51,355 nt of DNA from the sequence record SRR31156797_647; one strand, given 5' to 3'. Shown here piece after piece: positions 18,806 through 28,194 of this stretch. Numbering within the stretch: the first letter of the stretch is position 1; every line of letters begins with the position of its first letter. The notes beneath the pieces are model-generated. The model did not search any database, was not told the DNA's origin, and saw only the letters and a list, made by a program, of their open reading frames with translations. A program made the position numbers and the translations under genes.

Positions 18806-19049
18806 TTTTGATGCTCTCACTCGAACTGAGGGTATCAATAATTTTAATCACCAAGGTAAATTCTACATATTCATTTATAAATACAACTTGCAGTAAGACA
18901 AAAGGTTCGTGTTTAGATTGTTGATTTAAATCTTATTGTTCTTGGCATGGATTTACTATTGTAAAAGTTCGGCAATAGGCTTGATGAATTCAAGGTTTCA
19001 TTTCCTGATTTATAACATGCGTTCGGTCACTTCACAATTCTAGTACTTG

Positions 19050-19350
19050 ATCTTAAAATTGCTATCGAATAGGAGCAATTTGCTATTCCCGACTTCTAAT
19101 TTCCTATCACGGATAACAAGTTTCCTATCGGCAATAGGAAAAGTGATAAAAAAGACACAAAACTTACTATCATACCATAGCAAGTTTTGTGTCTTAAAAC
19201 GCAAGTTTGCTTTTAATGATAGCAAATTGCTATGTCTTCTATGAAATTTTCCTGTAGCCGGAATCAAATTTTCTATGTCAACATATCATTTTGCATGTGC
19301 GGGATAGAAATAATGATATTGGCGATAGGAATATGGGTTTGGTAAACTTG
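19050..19350. repeat. degenerate 21-bp-period array of quasi-palindromes (consensus about GATAGCAAATTGCTATC)
   Basis: CTAT half-sites at 19062, 19083, 19104, 19125, 19167 and 19230 (spacings are multiples of 21). Internal 14-bp perfect inverted repeat AAGACACAAAACTT/AAGTTTTGTGTCTT. Confidence 0.7.
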
Positions 19351-19381
19351 CCAATATCTGACAGGTTTATGTAATATCTCC

Positions 19382-22015
19382 TTACAAATTAAACTTCAAT
19401 TTAATTCCTGTATCTCTGTGGTGCTTGCCATCAAAACTCCAAACTACTTCAACATCTAATAGTAGGAAAATCTGCGATAAGCCGTATCCTACTTCCCAAT
19501 AGTTCTCTTTGTTTTCGTGAGTTAAATAGTTTGCAAATACTCTTTCCTGAAGTGCTAAAGAATTGTTCAGAATTGGCAGGCGCTTCAGCAATAAACGATC
19601 CGATGTGTATTGCAAATGAGCCTCTAAATAATCTTCAGTGGTAGAGTGCTGATAATAATCCAACAATCGGAAACTATCCCAGATATTGCCAATCATTACG
19701 GTTGGTTTACTGGTGTTAAAGTGTTTGTAATCGGCAAAAAAACTTTGCTTGTTCGAAAGATAGGTGCCAGCCTTAATTTTATATTCCAATCGGTCGTTAA
19801 AACCCATTTCCAAACCTTGCTTTACCGATGCTGCTAAAAGAGAGTAATCTGTTTCCGAGTCGAACACATCTTTAATTCCTTGCTTGTAGGTTAAGCCAAA
19901 AGTTGGCTGATTGTGATACCAGGTCATTCTCTTCACGCCCTTATCCATATAATATCTGTGATGAGGTGTATATTCCAGATTGGCTGTAAATGTAAATGCT
20001 TTATTGTCTTTCACCAATTCAGGATTGATTCCTTCAGGAATGTTAGATGTATATTCATTGTCATCTGGATCGGAAATGTACCAGGAGTTGGTATTATACA
20101 ATTGTTTTCTGTTGGCATATTCCAAACTGGTATGTAAACTCAGTCCATTTGTAATATCGGTTGAGTGCCAAATTCGCGCATAGTTTTTATCGTATAATTT
20201 CAAATAATTGTCTTTAAAATAGAGCGAACTTATTGCATTTAGCATGGGGTCAATTCCATTTCGGGCATTAAAATCGACAGCCTCGCTTCCGGCTTTAAAT
20301 CCAATCCAGGCACGTTTTTTTCCATTGTAACGGTATTGACTACCCACCGAAAAATCGAGATGTTTTCGTGAAAATGCATAGGTAAAATCGGGTGCTATAC
20401 TAAAGTAATGACCAAGTGTGTCTTTCTTTGTGTATCGAAAAGGAGCATTAAAAGTAAAACCTTGCACCGTGTTGTACGATATTTTATCTAAACCGATTAA
20501 AGCGGGAGTAGAAAGGCTTGAGTTCTCTTCTTTGTATTTGTAATATTTCCCCCAAAGAATATGTTTGAATTTGAATTCGCGATTGGCTCTGCGAACAGAA
20601 TCTTTATACTCTGGGGTGTTGCGAACAATTTCGATTGAATCTTTCTTTATGAAACTGACCTTCTCATCATCCGAAAGTGGGATAGGTCTCATTTCTGCCC
20701 AGTAAAGCGAATCCTTATCTTTGGCATCCTTAGCCACTTTTACTTTTTCAATTTTAATTTCCAGGGGTTGTTTGACTTTTTCATTGCGCTTTACCTGATT
20801 GTCTTTTTCCATCAGGCGATACAATTTGCGCATTTCAGAATTGTTCATGTCATTCTTTTCCAGAAGAGTTTTGATCTCATCTTTGCGCTTTTTCTCTTTC
20901 GTTGATAGAACTTTGGATTCTTCTTCGTTGGTCAGAGCCGAAATATTTTGTTCTTCTTGTTTAAGGGCAAGTTCTTGCTGCTTTAGGTAGTCATGATCCA
21001 AATCAGGATTTAGTTTTACCTTGTAATCCTTAATAGAAGCAACATACATAGCATTTAAGCCAAATCCCATGCCTTTAAATTTGATGTTGAAATCGAAACT
21101 TACCGGCATCCAGACACCATCGCTAACCGGAGCATACAGTTGATGCATGTGAACCTCGGTCATTGGTAAACTTAGTTTTAAATCGGCAGAGTGTATGTTC
21201 CAATAGGTTTCGGCAATGTTTAAAAATCCGCGAAACAGATCTTTACCTTTTCGTTTGGGTATAACTTTAATTCTGTTGATTGTTCTTCCCTGATCTTCGA
21301 ATACCGATTCCAATTGAAATTTGTACACGCTAAATGCACTTCTGTCTAATGGGGAAATGAATCCATCATCGCGGGTATTGTACAAATTTGTGGTAATAAA
21401 TTGCATAGGATCTGCTTGTTCATCCAAACCTGATGATCGCATTGAAATCACTTCTTCTTCCACTTTATTTGGCAATTCGAAATGTATTTTCGAGATGTTT
21501 TCGGTAACGAAAGTTTTACCAACAGTGATGTCTTCTTCGGCTAATTTCTTTTTAAATAATTTTGGAACACTTGTAATTTTTCCAGATCCTTTCAGATAAA
21601 CCATATTATCATATTCACTCACCTGTTTGGTGTAATAATCGCCCATGGCAATAGCTTTACGCATTACGAAATAGGCTGGATCTTCGCCGCTGGCTAATAC
21701 TTTTACTTCCTTTAATTGATAGGTTTGAGAGGCAAGAGCAACATCCATTTCAAGGTCATTTTCACCCATGGTTACTTTAACTTCTTTGGTTTTGTAACCC
21801 AAATATCTGTACTGTAGATTCCATTCCCCAACTGGCAGGTCGAGGTGATATTGTCCATCAATATTTGAGGTGGTTCCGGTAGCCAATTCTTTAATGTAGA
21901 TATTGGCAAAGGGAATTGCCTTTCCATCAGTATCAGCAATTTTTCCTGATATTTGTTGAGAATATCCTGTAAAAGATAGAAGGCAAAAAAGTAGAAATAG
22001 TAAATTTTTTGTCAT
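19382..22015 (-). CDS. outer-membrane protein with N-terminal carboxypeptidase-regulatory-like domain (DUF5686-type)
   Basis: Signal peptide; ISGKIAD...IPFANI...GTTSNIDG...YLGY domain; beta-rich C-terminus. Confidence 0.8.
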   Translation of the reverse strand: MTKNLLFLLFCLLSFTGYSQQISGKIADTDGKAIPFANIYIKELATGTTSNIDGQYHLDLPVGEWNLQYRYLGYKTKEVKVTMGENDLEMDVALASQTYQLKEVKVLASGEDPAYFVMRKAIAMGDYYTKQVSEYDNMVYLKGSGKITSVPKLFKKKLAEEDITVGKTFVTENISKIHFELPNKVEEEVISMRSSGLDEQADPMQFITTNLYNTRDDGFISPLDRSAFSVYKFQLESVFEDQGRTINRIKVIPKRKGKDLFRGFLNIAETYWNIHSADLKLSLPMTEVHMHQLYAPVSDGVWMPVSFDFNIKFKGMGFGLNAMYVASIKDYKVKLNPDLDHDYLKQQELALKQEEQNISALTNEEESKVLSTKEKKRKDEIKTLLEKNDMNNSEMRKLYRLMEKDNQVKRNEKVKQPLEIKIEKVKVAKDAKDKDSLYWAEMRPIPLSDDEKVSFIKKDSIEIVRNTPEYKDSVRRANREFKFKHILWGKYYKYKEENSSLSTPALIGLDKISYNTVQGFTFNAPFRYTKKDTLGHYFSIAPDFTYAFSRKHLDFSVGSQYRYNGKKRAWIGFKAGSEAVDFNARNGIDPMLNAISSLYFKDNYLKLYDKNYARIWHSTDITNGLSLHTSLEYANRKQLYNTNSWYISDPDDNEYTSNIPEGINPELVKDNKAFTFTANLEYTPHHRYYMDKGVKRMTWYHNQPTFGLTYKQGIKDVFDSETDYSLLAASVKQGLEMGFNDRLEYKIKAGTYLSNKQSFFADYKHFNTSKPTVMIGNIWDSFRLLDYYQHSTTEDYLEAHLQYTSDRLLLKRLPILNNSLALQERVFANYLTHENKENYWEVGYGLSQIFLLLDVEVVWSFDGKHHRDTGIKLKFNL

Positions 22016-22044
22016 GATTTGGTATTTGCTATTAATTTATATGA

Positions 22045-22071
22045 GACGAGGGTGTTTTGGGTTTTGTTACA
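22045..22071 (-). promoter_or_regulatory. putative ECF-sigma promoter TGTAAC-N17-CGTC
   Basis: Minus strand TGTAACAAAACCCAAAACACCCTCGTC, about 30 nt upstream of the ATG at 22015. Confidence 0.5.
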
Positions 22072-22461
22072 ATTGTTTTTTTAATGAGTTTTCGTGTATT
22101 GTTTTGATGATTATGGTTGGCTATCTTAAATAAGAATGCAATTAATAGGTTTATGGTTGCCTGATGTACTTGTAAAAAGTGTTGTGCTGGTTAATACTGC
22201 TATTTTTTCGATTAGATATTAGGTAATAATTATTAAATATGTTTTGCATTGTTAAGTTTAAATGAAACAATATGATCTGAATGTCAAGTGTGAATTTATA
22301 GAAAACACTTGAGCTGATCTTTATTGTTTAATGTATTTTATGCTTTTTTAACAGCCTATTTTCGATTTGATATTCTTACTATAAGTGAGAGGATTAATAA
22401 AAGTATATTCCGAATCCATGTTCTCTTTTTCAGCAGGAGAAGGATAGGATGAAGTGGTTTT

Positions 22462-22493
22462 AAAAAATGCCACTGGTTAAAACCAAGTGGCAT
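22462..22493 (-). terminator. intrinsic terminator of the ABC pair
   Basis: ATGCCACTGGTT/AACCAAGTGGCAT hairpin with a U tail on the minus strand. Confidence 0.7.
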
Positions 22494-22528
22494 ATAATAG
22501 TTTTCAAATTCTACTTTTCTACATTTAA

Positions 22529-24175
22529 TTAGTTCTTGATTTTAGCCCACGATATTTTTCTGAAACTTCTTAATCTGAAGTAGAGAATAAATGCTAGAAT
22601 TGGAATCGCAATAGGAATTGCATAAGGCAATAAACTTAAACCATAATGAAGAAAACCGATTCCAAATGCGGAAATCATTAATAGCATTCCTTTTGCGAAA
22701 TTTCCACCTGCATCTTGAGTCAGTCTTTCCTTTGTAAATGGTAATATTGGCTCACTCCACGATTGCATAAGTGAAGACACAATACTAATCAATAGAAAAC
22801 CTAAAACAAGATCATCGATAACAGGCAAGCCCCAAATTGCAATGGCAGCAGTCGAAACAAGTAAATATACCGGAATATAGTATTTAATCATTACTGATTT
22901 AAATGAGCCCAATAATATTTCACCGGGTTTTTCAATTGGCAATATCTGGTAAAACCAGCTTGATTTGTTTTGATCGCTATAGCCCAGTTGTTGAGTGATG
23001 CTGAATGATACAAATATAGTTGTATAAATAAACCACAGGTATTTATTGCTTTCGGCTAGCGATTCCAAATTGAATGCATCCTTTGATTTAAAAGCAAATA
23101 TCAATATGAAAATAAAAATATAGCCAAATGATGGATAAACTGTTTGTTTGAATTTTCTTTCTCGCCCACTCATTAGCCAAACCATGTCAAATGCTGTTGA
23201 TTCAACCCTATTTTTGGTGGATAATCTGCTTAATCGTGATACAAAGCCTTTACCCTCATTTTTCTCCTTAACTACCTTTTTCTCTTTACTACCGGCAACA
23301 TCAAGTTGTGCCAAAGCTTTGTTGAATTTCGGAGCTAGTACTTTTATTACAAAAATTAAACTTAGAATTGGAACCAATAGAGCACATGCAAAGAAAATTA
23401 GGTGTGAGGAATCGTAAACACTATTTATAGTGGCTTCCATACTGTTGCTCATCCAAAGCGGAGGAACAAGGTAAGACCACCAATGGATTGGAATCTGAAT
23501 GTTCGAAATATCGTACATATCCATCATTCTTGGCATAATTTGATATCCACCCATGAATAGAATAGCCATTGCCACCTGAAAATACACAATGATATCTTTA
23601 AGCTTTTGTCCGTTCACCACATTCATTAATCCTAAATAGAAAATATTGGTTAGAAACAGAGTGAATAAAGCTGCCAAAACAATTAGTAAAAGTAAAAATA
23701 GCATAGCTACAAAGCCATGATTAATAAGAGTTGTTACAATTACAAATAAGGACAACGAGAAACTCATGTGTAACATGTAAAAAGCAATGTGCAGTATTTT
23801 TGCCAATACAATGGTTCTGCTATTTATAGGTCGCGGCATTAGAATACTATTGTCGCGAGTATCCATTAGTACGTTGGTAAATTCTGATATCATCAACATG
23901 GCAATCATGACCATGATGTAAGAAAAGAAGATGGTATAACTTACCAAAGGGTTTGGTATTGTAAGAATAAGAAGACCAATTAGTAGTCCTAAAACGCCGT
24001 AAATGAATGTTTGTAGTAACAATTGATGGTTGGAATCTTTCCCTTTTTGCGACATGGACATACTTCTACGGTTGTCCATTTTTAGCTTTGCTGACAGAAT
24101 GATACAAACTTGGTTGAAATCTGCACCCATTGCATTAATTAAGGGTTTAAAGAGGAATAAAATAGTTCGTACCAT
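22529..24175 (-). CDS. multi-pass membrane protein, putative ABC exporter permease
   Basis: Many hydrophobic helices; directly downstream of an ABC ATPase. Confidence 0.75.
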   Translation of the reverse strand: MVRTILFLFKPLINAMGADFNQVCIILSAKLKMDNRRSMSMSQKGKDSNHQLLLQTFIYGVLGLLIGLLILTIPNPLVSYTIFFSYIMVMIAMLMISEFTNVLMDTRDNSILMPRPINSRTIVLAKILHIAFYMLHMSFSLSLFVIVTTLINHGFVAMLFLLLLIVLAALFTLFLTNIFYLGLMNVVNGQKLKDIIVYFQVAMAILFMGGYQIMPRMMDMYDISNIQIPIHWWSYLVPPLWMSNSMEATINSVYDSSHLIFFACALLVPILSLIFVIKVLAPKFNKALAQLDVAGSKEKKVVKEKNEGKGFVSRLSRLSTKNRVESTAFDMVWLMSGRERKFKQTVYPSFGYIFIFILIFAFKSKDAFNLESLAESNKYLWFIYTTIFVSFSITQQLGYSDQNKSSWFYQILPIEKPGEILLGSFKSVMIKYYIPVYLLVSTAAIAIWGLPVIDDLVLGFLLISIVSSLMQSWSEPILPFTKERLTQDAGGNFAKGMLLMISAFGIGFLHYGLSLLPYAIPIAIPILAFILYFRLRSFRKISWAKIKN

Positions 24176-24179
24176 AAGT

Positions 24180-24977
24180 TTAATTTTCGAATACGTTAAT
24201 AATTTCTTCCGCTTTCTTGCTGTGTCCAGATGTTCCCGTAAGCTCCGTAAATAAAGATTCCAAAGAACCGGTACTAGCTTTTGAATTCAGTTCTTCAAAA
24301 CTACCATCAGCAACTACATTTCCCTGATCGATTAGAATGATTCGGTCAGATATTTTCTCCACAACATCCATAATGTGTGAACTATAAAATATGGTTTTGC
24401 CTTCTTTTGCCAGTTGAGTCAAAATTTCTTTTACAATGATAACCGAATTGGCATCGAGACCAGATAGTGGCTCATCCATAAAAATGATGTCAGGATTGTG
24501 AATCAGACCAGAAATGATCAGGATTTTTTGTCGCATCCCTTTCGAGAAAGAATTCAATCTTTCATCAGCATGAGCTTTCATCTCAAATAAGTCTAATAGT
24601 TTTTCCGTCTTATTATTAATGTCGTTCAATTCCATTCCTTGTAATTCACCTACGAATTGCAGATATTCTCTTGGTGTTAGCGTTTCATATAAAGCTGCAT
24701 TTTCGGGAATGTAACCAATTTTACGTTTGATCTCGGTGGCATCTTCTCGTAGATTCATGCCAAGAATGCAGATATCACCTTCAAAATCGGTAAGCAAGCC
24801 GCACAAAACTTTTACGGTTGTTGATTTACCGGCGCCATTGGGTCCTATGTATCCTATAATTTGTCCAGGTTTGATTTCCAGATTAATTCCTTTTAATACT
24901 TTATTTTCAACTCTACCATTTTGGTAGCTTTTCTCAAGATTTTGAATCGTGATTACCGGTTTTTGATTTTCTTGCAT
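24180..24977 (-). CDS. ABC transporter ATP-binding protein (ABC-2 type)
   Basis: GPNGAGKS, FSKGM, FMDEP and SSH motifs. Confidence 0.92.
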   Translation of the reverse strand: MQENQKPVITIQNLEKSYQNGRVENKVLKGINLEIKPGQIIGYIGPNGAGKSTTVKVLCGLLTDFEGDICILGMNLREDATEIKRKIGYIPENAALYETLTPREYLQFVGELQGMELNDINNKTEKLLDLFEMKAHADERLNSFSKGMRQKILIISGLIHNPDIIFMDEPLSGLDANSVIIVKEILTQLAKEGKTIFYSSHIMDVVEKISDRIILIDQGNVVADGSFEELNSKASTGSLESLFTELTGTSGHSKKAEEIINVFEN

Positions 24978-25113
24978 AGTTTCTATCTTCTGTCAATAAT
25001 GTATATAAAAGTAGAAAAAGGTTAAATAGCATTGGCATGTAAATGGAAGTTTTCGATTTTAATGGAATATTGGAGGAGTAAATGAAGTTTTTGCACGATT
25101 ATATTCAAATCGA

Positions 25114-25185
25114 CTGACATTTTTCTGCACTTTTTTCACCTTTTCTGTCTTATTGACAGTTTTGCGGTATTGGCATAGGCTTTGA
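25114..25185 (+). promoter_or_regulatory. putative sigma54-like promoter (TGGCA-N6-TTGA) with upstream TGACA boxes at htpG
   Basis: TTGGCATAGGCTTTGA at 25170-25185; CTGTC-N5-GACAG at 25145-25159; CTGACA at 25114-25119. Confidence 0.5.
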
Positions 25186-25236
25186 CTATTGGGAAAACGT
25201 TAAATAGAAATTAAAATCTAAAAAAAATATAAAAGT

Positions 25237-27288
25237 ATGTCAACAGGAAAAATTGGTGTTACCAGTCAGGATCTGTTTCCTATTATTAAGAAATTTTTGT
25301 ATTCTGATCATGATATCTTTTTGAGAGAGATTGTATCGAATGCTGTAGATGCAACTCAGAAGTTAAAAACATTAGCTTCAACAGGAGAATTCACAGGCGA
25401 ATTAGGCGAGTTGAAAGTTAGCGTTGCTATTGACAAAGAAGCTAAAACCATTACCATTTCGGATAATGGTATTGGTATGACTCAGGAAGAGATTGAGAAA
25501 TACATCAATCAGATTGCGTTCTCAGGTGCTGAAGAATTCATGGATAAATACAAAGATCAGGCTAACGCAATTATTGGTCACTTTGGTTTAGGTTTCTATT
25601 CTTCGTTTATGGTATCAGATAAAGTAGATATCGTAACTCTTTCTCATAAAGAAGGCGCAAAGGCTGTTAAGTGGAGTTGCGAAGGAAATCCAGAGTACTC
25701 TTTAGAAGAGGTAGAAAAAGCTGAAAGAGGAACTGATATTGTAATGCATATTTCTGAAGAAGAAGAGTCTTTCTTAGAAGAGAGTCGTATTCAGGAATTA
25801 TTGAACAAGTACTGTAAGTTCTTGCCAATTGAGATTGTTTTTGGAAAGAAAACTGAATTTAAGGATGGTAAGCAGGAAGAGACTGATGAGGAGAATATTA
25901 TTAATGATACAAATCCTGCCTGGACTAAGAAACCAGCTGATTTAAAAGAAGAAGATTACGGTGATTTTTACCGTCAATTGTATCCTGCAGGAGAGGATCC
26001 TTTGTTCCACATTCACTTGAATGTTGATTATCCTTTCAACCTTACCGGTATTTTGTATTTCCCAAAAATAAAGAACAGCGTAGAAATTCAGAAGAACAAG
26101 ATTCAGTTGTACTGCAACCAGGTATTCGTTACCGATTCGGTAGAAGGTATTGTTCCTGAATTCTTAACTCTTCTTCATGGTGTTATCGATTCACCAGATA
26201 TTCCATTGAATGTATCTCGTTCATACTTGCAGTCTGATGGAAATGTGAAGAAAATTTCGAACCACATTACCAAAAAAGTTGCTGATAGCTTGAACGAAAT
26301 TTTTAAGAAAGATCGTGCGGAGTTTGAAAACAAGTGGGATGATTTGAGATTATTTGTTCAGTACGGAATGTTGACTGAAGAAAAATTTGCTGATCGTGCC
26401 AAGAAATTCTTCATGGTGAAAAATACTGAAGGAAAGTATTTCACTTTGGAAGAGTACGAAGCAATCATTAAGGAAAATCAGACTGATAAGGAAAACAATA
26501 TCATTGCATTGTATGCTACTGATATGGATGCTCAGTTCACATATATTGAAGCTGCTAAAGCAAAAGGATACGATGTATTGTTGATGGACAGCCAGTTGGA
26601 TAATCATGTTATCAATCACTTGGAGCAGAAGGATACCAACAAGAAATATGTTCGTGTTGATTCTGATGTGGTTGACAAGTTGATCCAAAAAGATGAGGTA
26701 AAAGAATCTAAGCTTACAGAAGAGCAGAAGACAGATTTGATTCCTGTTTTCAACTCTCAATTGCCAACCGATGGTGTAAACTATATGGTGACTTTCGAAT
26801 CTCTTGGAGAAGAAGGACAGCCATTAATGATTACTCAAGCAGAATTCATGCGTCGTATGAAAGATATGGCTGCAATGAATGCCGGAATGGGATTCTATGG
26901 TGAAATGCCAGATTCATACAACTTGGTTGTAAATACTGATCATGCATTGGTATCAACTATCTTGAATGATAAAGATGCTAAACTAAGCGATAAAATTTCT
27001 GAAGTAAGCACCAAGTTAACTCCTTTGTTCGAAGAGAGAGATGCTTTGGAGGCTTTGAAGAAAGATAAGAAAGAAGAAGAAGTTCCTCAGGAGGAAAAAG
27101 ACAAGATGACCGAAGTTCAAAATAAGATTACTGAAGTGAACTCGGAAAAAGAAGGATTGTTGAAAGAGTTTGGTAAAGACAATCAGTTGGTGAAGCAATT
27201 GATCGATTTAGCTTTGCTTGCTAACAACATGTTGAAAGGAGAGGAGCTAGCTAAGTTTGTAAAACGTAGCGTTCAGATGATTAAATAA
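25237..27288 (+). CDS. htpG: chaperone HtpG (Hsp90)
   Basis: FLREIVSNAVDA, DNGIGMT, IGHFGLGFYS and LNVSR motifs. Confidence 0.97.
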   Translation: MSTGKIGVTSQDLFPIIKKFLYSDHDIFLREIVSNAVDATQKLKTLASTGEFTGELGELKVSVAIDKEAKTITISDNGIGMTQEEIEKYINQIAFSGAEEFMDKYKDQANAIIGHFGLGFYSSFMVSDKVDIVTLSHKEGAKAVKWSCEGNPEYSLEEVEKAERGTDIVMHISEEEESFLEESRIQELLNKYCKFLPIEIVFGKKTEFKDGKQEETDEENIINDTNPAWTKKPADLKEEDYGDFYRQLYPAGEDPLFHIHLNVDYPFNLTGILYFPKIKNSVEIQKNKIQLYCNQVFVTDSVEGIVPEFLTLLHGVIDSPDIPLNVSRSYLQSDGNVKKISNHITKKVADSLNEIFKKDRAEFENKWDDLRLFVQYGMLTEEKFADRAKKFFMVKNTEGKYFTLEEYEAIIKENQTDKENNIIALYATDMDAQFTYIEAAKAKGYDVLLMDSQLDNHVINHLEQKDTNKKYVRVDSDVVDKLIQKDEVKESKLTEEQKTDLIPVFNSQLPTDGVNYMVTFESLGEEGQPLMITQAEFMRRMKDMAAMNAGMGFYGEMPDSYNLVVNTDHALVSTILNDKDAKLSDKISEVSTKLTPLFEERDALEALKKDKKEEEVPQEEKDKMTEVQNKITEVNSEKEGLLKEFGKDNQLVKQLIDLALLANNMLKGEELAKFVKRSVQMIK

Positions 27289-27311
27289 TATTTAATCTCT
27301 TATATATTTAT

Positions 27312-27343
27312 AACAGCCGGACTTTTTAAGTTCGGCTGTTTTT
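27312..27343 (+). terminator. intrinsic terminator after htpG
   Basis: AACAGCCGGACTT/AAGTTCGGCTGTT stem plus a T run. Confidence 0.85.
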
Positions 27344-27451
27344 GTTTTAATCTGTCAAAAATAAAGTTATGTAATTAACTTTTGTTTATATTATTTATAT
27401 TTGAACTCTTATAAAAATTTTATCAAAATACGATTAAACTTTAACCCGAAT

Positions 27452-28093
27452 ATGGCAAAGAGAAAACCCAAAAAACCTATTGAAAAAAATGTTGAAAAAC
27501 CGGTAACTCCTAATGGTATAAAAAAAGAGTTTTACATTAAAATTGCAGTGGAAATTCTATCTGTAGTATTTGCTGTATTGCTGGCATTGGGTGTTGATGA
27601 GTGGAGAGAAACTAAAAAGAATGAGGCATTGGCTCTTCAGGCGGAAATCAATTTAAAGGACGAAATTGATTTAAATATTGAAAGATTAAGAGTAATGATT
27701 TCTGAAAATAAAGAGCGTGTAATTCTGATTGATTCATTGATTGGGCATTATAATGCACAGCCAAAATTGAGAGGAATTGAATTGCCTGCTATGACCTTTA
27801 GTTTACTTTCAACTGCGGCTTGGCAGTCGGTTAAAACAACAAAAGCCATTAACCACATTAAATTCGATATGGTACTTTTTTATTCTGCCTTTTACGATTT
27901 GTTTGATATTCACAAAAAGAAGATGGAAGGCTACTTATACGATAATGAAATACGTATTGAGAAGTGGAACAGCAAGGATGCTGTTTTAGAGTTGATGAAA
28001 AGGAGAAAAATTTATGAAAATTTTAATTCTACCGCCGCTCAAATAGAGCGATTTTATGAAGGAAATAAGGATAACCTAAAAGTAGAAGAATAA
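27452..28093 (+). CDS. single-pass membrane hypothetical protein
   Basis: EILSVVFAVLLALGVDEWRE transmembrane segment followed by a helical domain. ATG at 27452. Confidence 0.7.
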   Translation: MAKRKPKKPIEKNVEKPVTPNGIKKEFYIKIAVEILSVVFAVLLALGVDEWRETKKNEALALQAEINLKDEIDLNIERLRVMISENKERVILIDSLIGHYNAQPKLRGIELPAMTFSLLSTAAWQSVKTTKAINHIKFDMVLFYSAFYDLFDIHKKKMEGYLYDNEIRIEKWNSKDAVLELMKRRKIYENFNSTAAQIERFYEGNKDNLKVEE

Positions 28094-28194
28094 GCTTTTG
28101 ATAAATTAAAAATCCCAATATAGTTATATCGAGATTTTACTATTTTAATCAAAGGAATGTTTGATATATTTATGTAAAGTCGACTATTTTTATA

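Noticed and set aside
19040-19267. ORFs 19047..19244 (+) and 19040..19267 (-) as real proteins
   Set aside because: Both start at TTG, overlap on opposite strands, and the heptad pattern continues through stop codons. They are better explained as by-products of the 21-bp palindromic array.
19050-19350. CRISPR array
   Set aside because: Units are highly degenerate with a 21-bp period, there are no unique 30-40 bp spacers, and no cas genes are present.
26950-27180. Charged coiled-coil insertion near the HtpG C-terminus as a novelty
   Set aside because: As recalled, this is a common feature of Bacteroidales-type HtpG, and the frame is intact.
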